Below are positions 37,914 to 47,689 of a DNA stretch of 64,000 nucleotides, one piece after another (within the stretch, counting starts at the first letter, position 1; every line of letters starts with the position of its first letter). This DNA comes from Dehalococcoidia bacterium (GTDB lineage Bacteria > Chloroflexota > Dehalococcoidia > Lucifugimonadales > CBDBON01). The stretch is taken from positions 532,010 through 596,009 of the forward strand of contig CBDBON010000002.1 of the NCBI GenBank assembly GCA_965208395.1, written 5' to 3'. The notes beneath the pieces were generated by a model. It saw nothing but the letters and a program-made list of their open reading frames with translations, did no database searches and was not told the DNA's origin. The position numbers were made by a program, and so were the translations under genes.

Positions 37914-38750
37914 TTGAAGCCAGATAAGACACTAAAGATTGACCAAATGGAGCTCTCGCCTAACGCAGGGACTCCCTTCGAATTCGAGGGGGTTCACTCT
38001 GGCGGGCAGCTGTCTGGTATCGAGGTAACAGTTACTGTCTACTCGGATGACGATGCCCAAACCCTCGATGAATTGTTCCAGAAGAAAACCGCAATAGTGG
38101 ATGACGCCTTCGCGAACAGACAATACGAAGCCACTTTGCACAGGAAATCTTCCATGTATCAGGAAGGACGCCCAGGGAGGACCTACAGATTTGAGGTAAG
38201 AGAGTTGGATGAAGCACCTCCATTCGAGCAGCTGGAAATCGAAGGACACACCTTTGCGGTCATCAGAAACGCCGAGAGGCTACATGAAGACACCGTGATC
38301 TGTCTGAACATATTGCTGCGTTTGTCGCCAGAGGAGTTTCAGACATTTCAAAGCTTGCGAAAGCCTGGGCCCATCACAATCCGAAGAGTTGGCATCGACG
38401 AAGACCCGATTGTGCGGCGCTTTGGAGGAGCTCTATACTGGTCTTCCCATGAGGAGGGATCGGCGAGGTTTTATAAGCAGATTGCCAGATTCTTCCCAAG
38501 TGACTATCCGCCCGGTGGGCACTCTTTCGCCTCTGGGCAAGAGCAGCGTGCACAATCTCAGATGATATTGGCACTCACGGCTCGTTTCGAAGCTCTCGTA
38601 AACACCCTTGTTGAGACTGGAAACGTCAGCCAGGAGATCGGCGAAACCTTGGCGTCTGATGAGTGGCGAAAGCTTGTTGATGACGAACGGGCGATGATGA
38701 TGGCCTCAAGGCTATCGGAAGTGAATGACGCAGACCTGGAGTTGGACTAG
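37914..38750 (+). CDS. Hypothetical protein trailing the CBASS operon
   Basis: 278-aa ORF (TTG 37914, or ATG 37947), 28 nt after the effector stop, on the same strand. No motif recognised. Confidence 0.5.
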   Translation: MKPDKTLKIDQMELSPNAGTPFEFEGVHSGGQLSGIEVTVTVYSDDDAQTLDELFQKKTAIVDDAFANRQYEATLHRKSSMYQEGRPGRTYRFEVRELDEAPPFEQLEIEGHTFAVIRNAERLHEDTVICLNILLRLSPEEFQTFQSLRKPGPITIRRVGIDEDPIVRRFGGALYWSSHEEGSARFYKQIARFFPSDYPPGGHSFASGQEQRAQSQMILALTARFEALVNTLVETGNVSQEIGETLASDEWRKLVDDERAMMMASRLSEVNDADLELD

Positions 38751-38777
38751 AGACGACGACACGCAAGGACCTGCGCT

Positions 38778-39153
38778 GTGTGGTAGTGAATGGCCACCCT
38801 GACCGCCGAGTAGAGTGTTCCGCGCCGATCAGGCGTTATGGGCGGAGGGGGACCTTTAGGACACGGGGAGGGGCAACAGCGTACCACTTGAGCGTGGGTA
38901 CTCAGCACAAGTGTCACCATATAAGGGCGTCAGCAGGAGTTCCAATGGGAGCGTTGCGGTCTGGGCGTCGGGGGGAATCGACAGCGGATCGTAGGGATTC
39001 GCCCGTCCTGTTCTATGTGAGCCGGTAGCTCCCGCCGTTCATCTCCAGGACGTGAACTCGGCGAGTGAAGCGGTCCGCAGGGGCCAGGTTAAACCTCTTT
39101 GGCCGAATATCTCAGTCCGCTCGCCGGAGGGGCAGGTTGGTGGTAACTGGCAT
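38778..39153 (-). mobile_element. IS21-family remnant (istB 3' fragment plus possible terminal repeat)
   Basis: The minus strand 39013-39111 reads ..FNLAPADRFTRRVHVLEMNGGSYRLT*, which resembles an IstB C-terminus, with an in-frame TGA upstream. A TGT... end is at 38778. Confidence 0.4.
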
Positions 39154-39299
39154 TGACCTTCTCTCGTTTCTACACCTCCTCTGGCAGGCGGCGAGGCCCA
39201 AGCGAGGGCTACAAGGGTCTGGCCGGTGCCGTTGTTGATGGCGTTCCTGACTGGAGGTGCTCCATCTTCCCTGTCTCCAACTCCCGCCCGAGAATCACA

Positions 39300-39851
39300 T
39301 CATCCGCTCGTCGCTTTTCTTCCAGTGAAGAATAGCAATATGAGCTTGATCTCCATCACAACGAAGATGACGAAACCGATGTAGAACACTGAGCTTATCA
39401 GCCAGGACAGGGTCGGCACCTTGTCGACGAGGATGTTGAAGCCGGCCGCCATACCGAGAATAAACGCGAAGAACACGCTGATGCCGCGAATAATGCGGCC
39501 GGACGAGGAGCGTCTAGCATTCTTTGTCCACTTCCGTATTTTGTAGGGCAACAGTGGTTCGATGAGAACCAGGACCGAAACAACTAGACAGAGTAAGACC
39601 ATCGCGAGAGTCACTTGTGGTGCGGTGAGTTGCGGGATTATCCTGTCCACTTGGAGTCCCAGGCCCTCCGCAGACAGGCCATGTGCGTAGGCGAACAGCA
39701 GCAGGAACCACGTCGCACTCTCTTCTATCTCCAACCTTGGCCGACTCTTGAGCCAACCCTTCAATCTGCGTGCTAGGCGTGCTGCAGTTTCCATCGATCT
39801 GCCTCCTGCAATACCTGGTTGCTCTTGCCTCGCTGCTGCCCTGGGGTGCAT
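39300..39851 (-). CDS. Hypothetical integral membrane protein
   Basis: 183 aa with about 4 hydrophobic segments (WFLLLFAYA, LAMVLLCLVVSVLVLIEPL, ISVFFAFILGMAAGF, VFYIGFVIFVVM). Confidence 0.45.
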   Translation of the reverse strand: MHPRAAARQEQPGIAGGRSMETAARLARRLKGWLKSRPRLEIEESATWFLLLFAYAHGLSAEGLGLQVDRIIPQLTAPQVTLAMVLLCLVVSVLVLIEPLLPYKIRKWTKNARRSSSGRIIRGISVFFAFILGMAAGFNILVDKVPTLSWLISSVFYIGFVIFVVMEIKLILLFFTGRKATSG

Positions 39852-40019
39852 AGGTGGTGCGCTGCCAGAAGAGCCAACGCCTTACTTGAGTATCGCACAA
39901 ATAACCCGTAGTATATATGTGTGTTAGTCGTTGGAAGGGCAAGTTGTCCGATGACATCGAATGACAAACATTCGCGATACACATAGCATGAACCTGGGTA
40001 ACTCGTCAGAAAGGTAGCG

Positions 40020-40835
40020 ATGCCGACTGTCAAACACGAAACGTTCTTTCGCCGGCACCCGGTGTTCACCGGAGTGGAATTGGCTGAACACCTCTCCTCC
40101 AGCGGCGAGAAGGGGACGAGAACGCAAGAATCTCTGATTGCCTACCACACCGGAACAGGGCGCCTGGTCCGTGTTCGACGGGGACTGTTCGCCGTCATCC
40201 CACCGGGCGCGGACAGCGATACCTATCCCATAGACCCCTTCCTGATCGCGTCCAGGCTCACGCAGGATGCGGTCCTGTCGCACCACACGGCGCTGGACTT
40301 CCACGGGCGGGCCTACTCGGTCTGGAGACGCTTTACCTACCTGGCGTCGCGTCCTCTGGAGCCGCTGACCTTCCGCCACCATGTCTACCGGGGAGCCAGA
40401 TTTCCGGAGGCGCTTGTCCGTGTGGGCGGGGAGCAAGTCGGCGTGACAATGGCCGAGCGTGCCGGCATGTCGCTTAGGGTCACGAGCCTTGAGCGCACGC
40501 TCGTGGACATTCTCGACCGCCCGCACATCTCAGGAGGCTGGGAGGAAATATGGCGCTCTCTAGAGACGGTTGAGTTCTTCGACCTCGACAGAATCGTGGA
40601 ATATGTCCTTCTGCTTGGGAAGGCGACCACGGCCTCGAAGGTAGGCTACTACCTTGAAGAGCACCGAGAGTCATTGATGGTTGAGGAACGTCATCTCAAT
40701 GCACTCCGCAGTCGACGTCCTCGGCAGCCCCACTACGTCGATCGGAGTAGAACCGGGGATGGGAGCCTCGTGGCCGCATGGAACCTGGTCGTTCCGACCG
40801 AGATAATCGAGAGATCCTGGGCCGAGGTGACATGA
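40020..40835 (+). CDS. abiEi: AbiEi-family type IV antitoxin / transcriptional regulator
   Basis: ..FTGVELAE..GRLVRVRRGLFAVIP..PFLIASRL..AVLSHHTALDFHG.. matches the AbiEi pattern. Its stop overlaps the next ATG. Confidence 0.8.
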   Translation: MPTVKHETFFRRHPVFTGVELAEHLSSSGEKGTRTQESLIAYHTGTGRLVRVRRGLFAVIPPGADSDTYPIDPFLIASRLTQDAVLSHHTALDFHGRAYSVWRRFTYLASRPLEPLTFRHHVYRGARFPEALVRVGGEQVGVTMAERAGMSLRVTSLERTLVDILDRPHISGGWEEIWRSLETVEFFDLDRIVEYVLLLGKATTASKVGYYLEEHRESLMVEERHLNALRSRRPRQPHYVDRSRTGDGSLVAAWNLVVPTEIIERSWAEVT

Positions 40836-41830
40836 GGGTTTCTCTTGAGAGGCTGGCGCTGGATGCGGAGGCGACCGGGTTCCAGCCGGATGTGCTGGAG
40901 AAGGTGGTACAGCTGCTGGGGTTGCTTGATGCCATCCGCAGCCACCCGTTCTTAGCAGGAAAGCTGGCCCTCAAGGGAGGGACTGCGTTGAACCTCTTTG
41001 TGTTCGACGTACCGAGACTATCCGTTGACATCGATCTGAATTACGTGGGCGCCGAGACAACTGAAGCCATGCTGGAAGAACGCCCCCGGATCGAGGACGC
41101 GATGCAGGCTGTCTTCAGCCGAGAGGATTTCGCCATTAGGAGGATTCCTGAAGAACACGCGGGAGGAAAGTGGTCGCTGCGCTATCCGGCGGCCTCGGGG
41201 CAGAGCGGTAGGATCGACGTGGACGTCAACTACATGTACCGCGTGCCCCTGTGGCCGATCACGGTCATGGAGTCCCGGCCTGTGGGTAGCTGGCGGGCAA
41301 CAGGTATCCCAGTGGTTGACAAGCACGAGCTGGCGGCAGGAAAGCTTGCAGCACTGTTGACCCGCCGCAGGGCGAGGGACCTGTTCGACAGCAGCCTGAT
41401 CCTCTCTATTGATGGTCTCGATGTCGAAAAGCTCAGAACCGCATTCGTGGTTTACGGGGCCGGGGTTAGGAGGGACTGGCGCACGGTCTCAGTCGAGGAC
41501 ATGGCGTTCGACCCGGAGGAGCTATCTAGCCAGCTTGTGCCTGCGTTGCGCGGTGGTCGTATGCAAGGCGTTGATGCGGCCGCCTATGGCAATGACCTCG
41601 TACGCAAATGCCAGCGGGTGCTGTCTGATCTCTTACCGTTCAAAGACGAGGAACGAGCATTCCTAGACCTTCTGCTGGACGCTGGTGAGATCGACGCGAG
41701 TCTCCTCACGACTGAGGGGGAGCTAAAGAACCGCATCCAGGCTCAACCACTGCTTGAATGGAAGGCCCAGAACGTAAGGCGTCACAAGGGACTCTTGTCA
41801 GACCAAGTTGAAGGGGATCACAGAAAGTGA
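40832..41830 (+). CDS. abiEii: AbiEii/AbiGii nucleotidyltransferase toxin
   Basis: FLAGKLALKGGTALNLFVFDVPRLSVDIDLNYVG is the hallmark AbiEii NTase block. Confidence 0.85.
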   Translation: MRVSLERLALDAEATGFQPDVLEKVVQLLGLLDAIRSHPFLAGKLALKGGTALNLFVFDVPRLSVDIDLNYVGAETTEAMLEERPRIEDAMQAVFSREDFAIRRIPEEHAGGKWSLRYPAASGQSGRIDVDVNYMYRVPLWPITVMESRPVGSWRATGIPVVDKHELAAGKLAALLTRRRARDLFDSSLILSIDGLDVEKLRTAFVVYGAGVRRDWRTVSVEDMAFDPEELSSQLVPALRGGRMQGVDAAAYGNDLVRKCQRVLSDLLPFKDEERAFLDLLLDAGEIDASLLTTEGELKNRIQAQPLLEWKAQNVRRHKGLLSDQVEGDHRK

Positions 41831-43044
41831 GCAGCGTATTCAGCAGAGAACCCCAACCTGATGAACTCTACCGATTTCGGTCCATCGACGCCCTTCTTGG
41901 GTCTCGCAAGGAACTGTCTCGTCAAACCATATATCTAGCTAGGCCAGACGAGTTGAACGACTTGGCAGAGGATACGGTAAATGTGGTTTGGAGTGGCGAC
42001 GATGTCCTGTGGGCGAATCTAATCACCTACTACTGGAGATCACTTCTACTCTCATGTACCACGGGCGACATCTTTCTTCCGGGGTATCACTTCATACCTG
42101 GCCGCCTGGGCTTGGATGACCCTCCACTGGGTCCTCTAATCGACCAGGGAGTTGCCAGAATACAACAGGAACACGAGACTCAAAGGGTGGCTGCACTGAC
42201 GGAACTCCGGCAAAGCAAGGTGCTAGTGTCTGGCTACGAACTGCGAAGGCTACTTTCCACCCTGACCCCTCGCCAGCTTCAACCGTCGTTCTCGGCAGCT
42301 AACCCGCCAGTACTCGATAAGTTCCCGGAGAGGTTCGTGCAAGCCTTGGGCAAGATACTATTGTCAGAATGGGGCGTAGCCTGCTTCACGAAGGACTTCA
42401 CAAATCCATTTTTGTGGTCATCATACGCTGACAGCCATAGCGGAGTCTGTTTGGTGTTCGAGAGAGGGCTCCTGGAGGGCCTCGGAGCCTCAGAGTGGGC
42501 AGAGAGGGTGGAGTTGGCAGATGTAACCTACGAAATCACAAAACCTGAGATAGAATTCTTCGCCAATCTTCCAAGATTGACGGTGTCGGAGTACTCTAAG
42601 CTGTTTACCGGCGAGGACGGGACGCTGAGTCCCCTGTGCCCCTTCTTGCCCGAGGACAGAAAGGTCATTGAAGAGGCAAATGCCAGGCAGCAGACTTTTG
42701 CGCGCGAGAACCTTCTGCTCAAGCAAAAGCACTGGGAGGCCGAGCAAGAAGTTCGCATGTTCAGCCTGTTCTATTTCCACGGGACGATGAACTCGGACCC
42801 TGCCGAACACACGATGCAGTATCCGATAGAGGCACTGAAGGGGATCATCTTCGGCAGCCGCACAACAGAGGCGGACAAGCAAGCTGTGCTGGATGTTGTC
42901 TTGTCTAAGCACTATGTATCTCCAATGAGAGAAGACTTCTGCTTCTGGGAGGCGGAGCTACAACCCAGTGGGTCGATATTCAAGAACTTTTACCAGCCGT
43001 ACATTGGATGGAGACAAGAGTCCGTCTATCCGCGTAAACGATGA
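41827..43044 (+). CDS. DUF2971-family protein, translationally coupled to abiEii
   Basis: The GTG overlaps the abiEii stop (GTGA). The core VACFTKDFTNPFLWSSYADSHSGVCLVFE matches the DUF2971 signature (..W..YA....G.C..F). Confidence 0.6.
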   Translation: MSSVFSREPQPDELYRFRSIDALLGSRKELSRQTIYLARPDELNDLAEDTVNVVWSGDDVLWANLITYYWRSLLLSCTTGDIFLPGYHFIPGRLGLDDPPLGPLIDQGVARIQQEHETQRVAALTELRQSKVLVSGYELRRLLSTLTPRQLQPSFSAANPPVLDKFPERFVQALGKILLSEWGVACFTKDFTNPFLWSSYADSHSGVCLVFERGLLEGLGASEWAERVELADVTYEITKPEIEFFANLPRLTVSEYSKLFTGEDGTLSPLCPFLPEDRKVIEEANARQQTFARENLLLKQKHWEAEQEVRMFSLFYFHGTMNSDPAEHTMQYPIEALKGIIFGSRTTEADKQAVLDVVLSKHYVSPMREDFCFWEAELQPSGSIFKNFYQPYIGWRQESVYPRKR

Positions 43045-43209
43045 CTGCTGGAGATCCAAACGCTCGATGGCTACACGCGGACCGGCACATGGAGTCGACG
43101 GATGCAATCGAAGGCCCTCCAGTGATCGCCAGGCCAAGTGAGGATGGATGGTGTGCGTGACGGCGGCTGGCGGTTCTTCCAGATAGTCGGAATGAAAACG
43201 GAGGCGTAG

Positions 43210-44850
43210 GTGAATATCTGGGGTGAGAGATTCGCGGAAGTTCAACTGTTCGTGGGATATTGCCGGGACTTGGGAGTCGGGACCGACCAGCGCGAGTTGG
43301 AACACTACGAAAAGATCGGGGCCATGCTTCCTGTTGCGAGAGTGGTCTACCCGGATGAGTATGTGATACAGAGAGACCAAAGCCAATGGAAAGGGGTCAC
43401 TGATTGGGACGCAACGGATCAATGGCCAGCTCTCGGTCGACTATCGGAGAGAATCGGGCCATTTCCCTTTGGCTACGGAGGATTGGCTGACGAGGAACTT
43501 GTTCATTGCGTTGATCGAGAGATGGAATCGGGCTGCAATCCGCATCTGAAGAGGCCTGGCCCAGACGAATACCGCCCCTGGTCAGACTACAGGGCAACAG
43601 TCCACGACAAACGGGGTAATGCCATCGCGCGGTCCACCGTGGAGCATTACTACAGCTACTGGCAGGTCCATCAACTGTCTTGGATCCAGCAGTATCCCGA
43701 CCTGTACAAAAACGCCCGGCTGATTGAGTGCATACCGGAAGACGATCCAGTTAGGAAGTTCCGGCCATGGGCGCCGAAGAGGGAGCGACTCGTCGAGTTC
43801 GACGGTAGGAGACGTGGCTTTGATGCGCTTTCGTTTTGGGTCACGGTCTTTGAAAGAGAGCGGGGACGTACTTTCGCCAGCATCGCCGAGTCAAATGGGA
43901 TCAGGAGACTCGACCATAGCCAGGCCGCCGCCTACAGGACGAGGCTTGGCAACCTTGCTGGGAATGTCGCCGCTCGGTTTGACTTGACCCGTGATGACTA
44001 CTACGGCTTTCTGCGAAGACTCATCGAACTCCTGGAAGACTATAGGCGCAATGAACGCCACAAGCTGGCGGAAGAGTTGAAGAGGGATATCTTCGCCTGG
44101 GAGGAACTCCTCATGTTGGTCACGGGAGAGACGCGGATAGAGGTGGCAGAGGAACTCGGGCAGAAGAGCGTCCATCACGAGCGAATGTTTCGCCACCTTG
44201 ACACTGCGACCAAAGAGCGGGACTACTCCCTAGACCTTCTGAAGAGCGTCGCGACAGCTTGCGGCAGTGCTCTACAGAAACTGGGAGACTCGCAGTGGTC
44301 GTTTACTGAGGCGGATGCGGATGACTTGCTGACGTACTTGGAGCAGGAGGGGCTAGGAATCTTTGTGACGGCGTTGAGTGGAATGATCGCTGTAGGTGAT
44401 GACGAGTATCGACAGAAGTTCACGAGAGTGCAGAAGTACACAAACCTAAAGAACGTGCTCACTGCATACGAGTACTTCTTGAAGAACCTTACGCAGGGGA
44501 CCAGCATAGTCACCGATAAGAAGACCATGACGATGCTCGTCGGCGATGTGATGGCGCATGAGCCGTGGAAGAACTTATTCGGTACGAGGAGTAAACTGGC
44601 CAGTGGAGCCGACAGCCAGGATTTCCTTGCGAATTTGGGCACTCTGCTGTCCGATAGACACTTGAAGGGATCGGTGGAGGGCTATTGGGCGCGACAGTTC
44701 CTTGTTATGTGTCTGGCGAGGAACATGACCGTACACGCCTATCCCAACGAAGACAGCTACTATGGCGACTTCTTTGGGCCGATGCTGGACTCTGCGATCT
44801 GCTCCACTTTCTACACGTGGCGGCTCGCAAAGACAAATGGCTGGATATAG
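43210..44850 (+). CDS. Hypothetical 546-aa protein with a C-terminal RNxxxH (HEPN-like) motif
   Basis: The C-terminal helical region contains ..QFLVMCLARNMTVHAYPNED.. (R-x4-H with Asn after Arg). The N-terminal region is unrecognised. Confidence 0.45.
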   Translation: MNIWGERFAEVQLFVGYCRDLGVGTDQRELEHYEKIGAMLPVARVVYPDEYVIQRDQSQWKGVTDWDATDQWPALGRLSERIGPFPFGYGGLADEELVHCVDREMESGCNPHLKRPGPDEYRPWSDYRATVHDKRGNAIARSTVEHYYSYWQVHQLSWIQQYPDLYKNARLIECIPEDDPVRKFRPWAPKRERLVEFDGRRRGFDALSFWVTVFERERGRTFASIAESNGIRRLDHSQAAAYRTRLGNLAGNVAARFDLTRDDYYGFLRRLIELLEDYRRNERHKLAEELKRDIFAWEELLMLVTGETRIEVAEELGQKSVHHERMFRHLDTATKERDYSLDLLKSVATACGSALQKLGDSQWSFTEADADDLLTYLEQEGLGIFVTALSGMIAVGDDEYRQKFTRVQKYTNLKNVLTAYEYFLKNLTQGTSIVTDKKTMTMLVGDVMAHEPWKNLFGTRSKLASGADSQDFLANLGTLLSDRHLKGSVEGYWARQFLVMCLARNMTVHAYPNEDSYYGDFFGPMLDSAICSTFYTWRLAKTNGWI

Positions 44851-44925
44851 CTGACCAATTCTGGCTCAAATGAGATCGGCCGTGGAACGGCTGAACCGAT
44901 GAGCCTGTTCAATTGGGGACACCTA

Positions 44926-45147
44926 CTACGATGTGCGGTGAACTGCCGTAGAATCGGGCTTGGACAGGGCCATGTCGTTAGGCACCATGTCCTCGGTCTT
45001 GCTGCCGGATGTGCTGCCATAGTGGGGCAGCGGACGCCTCCCAGACGCCTCGGACCACGCGACGAAGTTGTTCCACTGGCTGGCGTAACTTTCGCTCGTC
45101 CTCGTCCGTCGTGAAGTTGCCGGCACGGGCTCAACCATCGGCTTCAC
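44926..45147 (-). pseudogene. Possible tyrosine-integrase N-terminal (core-binding) remnant
   Basis: ..ESYASQWNNFVAWSEASGRRPLP.. resembles the SAM-like N-terminal domain of XerC/phage integrases. No catalytic domain follows. Confidence 0.3.
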
Positions 45148-45440
45148 CCCCTCCGATTGCTGGAAACTATCCTAGCCGCTATCCAATGCCGATAGTAGCA
45201 CTCCGGCCAAGTAGCGAGGAGTCCTAGTCGAGTGAGCTCGCCGCGAGCCCGTCACGAAAGGGTCTTGCCGCTAGCCATGTAGGTCACAGTTAAGGCCCCA
45301 TCAGCACCCTCTAAGTTGATTGGTGGAGATGATGCTTGGCCTGAGGCCGTCCCAGTCCACCATTTCTGCCACTTCGAAATGAGGACGCTGGCTGCCCTTC
45401 AATTGGGCCTTCCACGAGTGCCAAGTTACTGATGGTCCAA

Positions 45441-45468
45441 TTGACGATTATCCCGCTTTTCATATATT
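45441..45468 (+). promoter_or_regulatory. Candidate sigma70-type promoter of the HTH-ATPase-HK-REC operon
   Basis: TTGACG (45441-45446), 16-nt spacer, TATATT (45463-45468), in a locally AT-rich stretch 36 nt upstream of the first start codon. Confidence 0.35.
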
Positions 45469-45503
45469 ATTGTGGTGTTTGATAGTGTTTCGTTGGGAGA
45501 AGT

Positions 45504-45728
45504 GTGTCAAGAATGTCTACCGAAGAAGGCTGGGTCGGTGTCGCAGAAGTCGCTGCTCACTTACAGGTAGCTAGGGACTCTATCTACCGCTGGATAGACT
45601 CCAAGGGATTTCCCGCTCACAGGGTAGGTCGGTTGCTGCGCTTTAGGCTTTCCGAGGTAGACGAGTGGGTGAAGACTGGCGACAGGGATGTTCCGGGAAC
45701 CTCAGATGCAGACGGGGTAGGCCAATAA
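45504..45728 (+). CDS. Excisionase/MerR-type HTH DNA-binding protein
   Basis: WVGVAEVAAHLQVARDSIYRWIDSKGFPAHRVGRLLRFRLSEVDEWV is the excisionase-family HTH pattern. Confidence 0.7.
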   Translation: MSRMSTEEGWVGVAEVAAHLQVARDSIYRWIDSKGFPAHRVGRLLRFRLSEVDEWVKTGDRDVPGTSDADGVGQ

Positions 45729-45829
45729 AGCGAACGCCGGCGTGGGGACACCCTGCGGCGCGCGAACTGCCGGATGCGCCAAGTTTCGAGGAACCAACCG
45801 CGGCTGTATCGAGGAATCAAAGCTGGAGT

Positions 45830-47689
45830 GTGAATGTGCTGATAGAGCAAGTTCAGATTGAGGATGGATTCCTAGATGGCCTTGACGTTCGGTTCTCAGA
45901 AGGCCTCAACGTATTGATTGGTGCCCGTGGGACCGGGAAGACTTCGCTCATTGAGCTCATTAGGTTTGCTCTCGGGGCCACAGCCTTTACAGAAGACGCG
46001 GCGAGGCGAGGCAACCAGCAGGCGCTCAGCGTTCTCCAAGGAGGACAGGTCACTGTAGTAATTCGCAATGGAGAAGATCGATTTGTCGTGACCAGGGGTG
46101 CTCGCGACGAAGTACCACGCTCCACACACTCTGTTCCTCCCGTCACGGTTCTTGCACAGAGTGAGATCGAAGCCGTCGGTGCCCAGGCAAGCGGGCGACT
46201 CTACCTCATTGACCGGTTCCGGCCCAATCGAGGGGAAGCCGACAAGCGACGTAGCAATCTCATTTCGAAGTTGCGCTCACTCACGGCGGAGATTGGCGGA
46301 ACCCTAAATGAACTTCGGTCGATCAGCGGACAGATACTTGGGATGCAGACGGTGCGCAGTGAGTTGCTGAGTGCGGTCGAACAGCAACAGGACTTGCTGA
46401 AGTCGATAGCAGCAACTGCCAAGGACCGTGAAGAGTTAGCCGAACTCCAGGCTCGTGCGGCCGTACTCGGGGTCCGAAGTGCGGTCTATGAGCGGACCAC
46501 AACCACGTTAAACAGCTTTCGCTGGGAACTTCTCAGTATTGCGCAGGGACTCCACGAGATAGAGGAGTGGCCTGATAGCGCCGGTGAACATGATTTGCTA
46601 GGTGAGGTTAGGGCAAGAAGCACCCAAGCCGCACAAGCCCTGAGAACCACTATAGGCATCGTCGAGAGCGCTGAGGCAGAGGTCCAGAAGTTGATCGAGC
46701 AGAACAGTGCAGATCGACTCAATACCGACGATAGAGCGCGAGCATCCCGCCGCGCATTGGATGAATTGCAGGCCGGTGCTGGAACATTGACCAGAAGAGT
46801 AGAGATCCTCACGGAAAGCGTGGCGCAACTGGGCACGCTAGAGGATCTCGCCAACGATCGGGCTACCAGAGTTGAGGAACTTCAAGGGCAGCGTCGTCGC
46901 GTCTTCGAGCAACTTGAGGAAATGCGAGCGGAGCGATTTGAATCGCGTATCCAAATCGCAAATCGACTCAGGGACGCTCTTGGGCCAGAGATCAAGACTG
47001 ATATCATCGAGTCAGGAATGACCAATAGCTATTCGAATGTTATCGCAGCCGCGTTACGAGGGAGTGGACTGCACTACAACACTCTGGCACCTTTGTTCGC
47101 GGCCCACATGTCTCCGCTCGAATTGGTCGAGGCGGTAGAATCCAACACTGTTCAGGCGATTGCAGAGGCGGTAGAGATTACAAACGAGCGCGCGGCAAAT
47201 GTCATTGCATATCTAAAGTCACGCAACCTCACCGATCTCATCGCCGCACCGATCGACGACGCGGTAGAGCTATATCTATTGGACGGAGTCGAATACAAAG
47301 GATCCGATAACCTATCTATAGGACAGCGATGCACGGTTGTTTTGCCTATTCTACTGAGTGGCCAAGGTGAGTTGCTCATCATCGATCAGCCCGAGGATCA
47401 TCTCGATAATGCGTTCATCACTGAGACATTGGTTGATAGGCTGCGTCATAGACAGAAGGGCGATCAGTTCATACTAGCGTCGCACAATGCGAATATACCG
47501 GTGCTCGGCGAAGCCGACCTCGTCGTTCGCCTCGGTTCTGATGGCCGCCGCGGTTTCGTCGAGCACGCCGATCAGCTAGATGCCCCAGCGACGGTGATGG
47601 CGATCACTTCCGTCATGGAAGGCGGAGTCGAGGCTTTCGAGCGGCGCGCGGCCTTCTATCAGGGCGTACTCGAGGGTGGGCGTGAATAA
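45830..47689 (+). CDS. ABC/SMC-like ATPase with a long coiled-coil-like insert
   Basis: Walker A GARGTGKTS, a Q/E/L/R-rich centre, and C-terminal LSIGQRCTV..LLIIDQPEDHLDNAF..FILASHNANIPVLGEADLVV. The start is GTG 45830 or 45836; the listed 45665 start is an extension. Confidence 0.75.
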   Translation: MNVLIEQVQIEDGFLDGLDVRFSEGLNVLIGARGTGKTSLIELIRFALGATAFTEDAARRGNQQALSVLQGGQVTVVIRNGEDRFVVTRGARDEVPRSTHSVPPVTVLAQSEIEAVGAQASGRLYLIDRFRPNRGEADKRRSNLISKLRSLTAEIGGTLNELRSISGQILGMQTVRSELLSAVEQQQDLLKSIAATAKDREELAELQARAAVLGVRSAVYERTTTTLNSFRWELLSIAQGLHEIEEWPDSAGEHDLLGEVRARSTQAAQALRTTIGIVESAEAEVQKLIEQNSADRLNTDDRARASRRALDELQAGAGTLTRRVEILTESVAQLGTLEDLANDRATRVEELQGQRRRVFEQLEEMRAERFESRIQIANRLRDALGPEIKTDIIESGMTNSYSNVIAAALRGSGLHYNTLAPLFAAHMSPLELVEAVESNTVQAIAEAVEITNERAANVIAYLKSRNLTDLIAAPIDDAVELYLLDGVEYKGSDNLSIGQRCTVVLPILLSGQGELLIIDQPEDHLDNAFITETLVDRLRHRQKGDQFILASHNANIPVLGEADLVVRLGSDGRRGFVEHADQLDAPATVMAITSVMEGGVEAFERRAAFYQGVLEGGRE

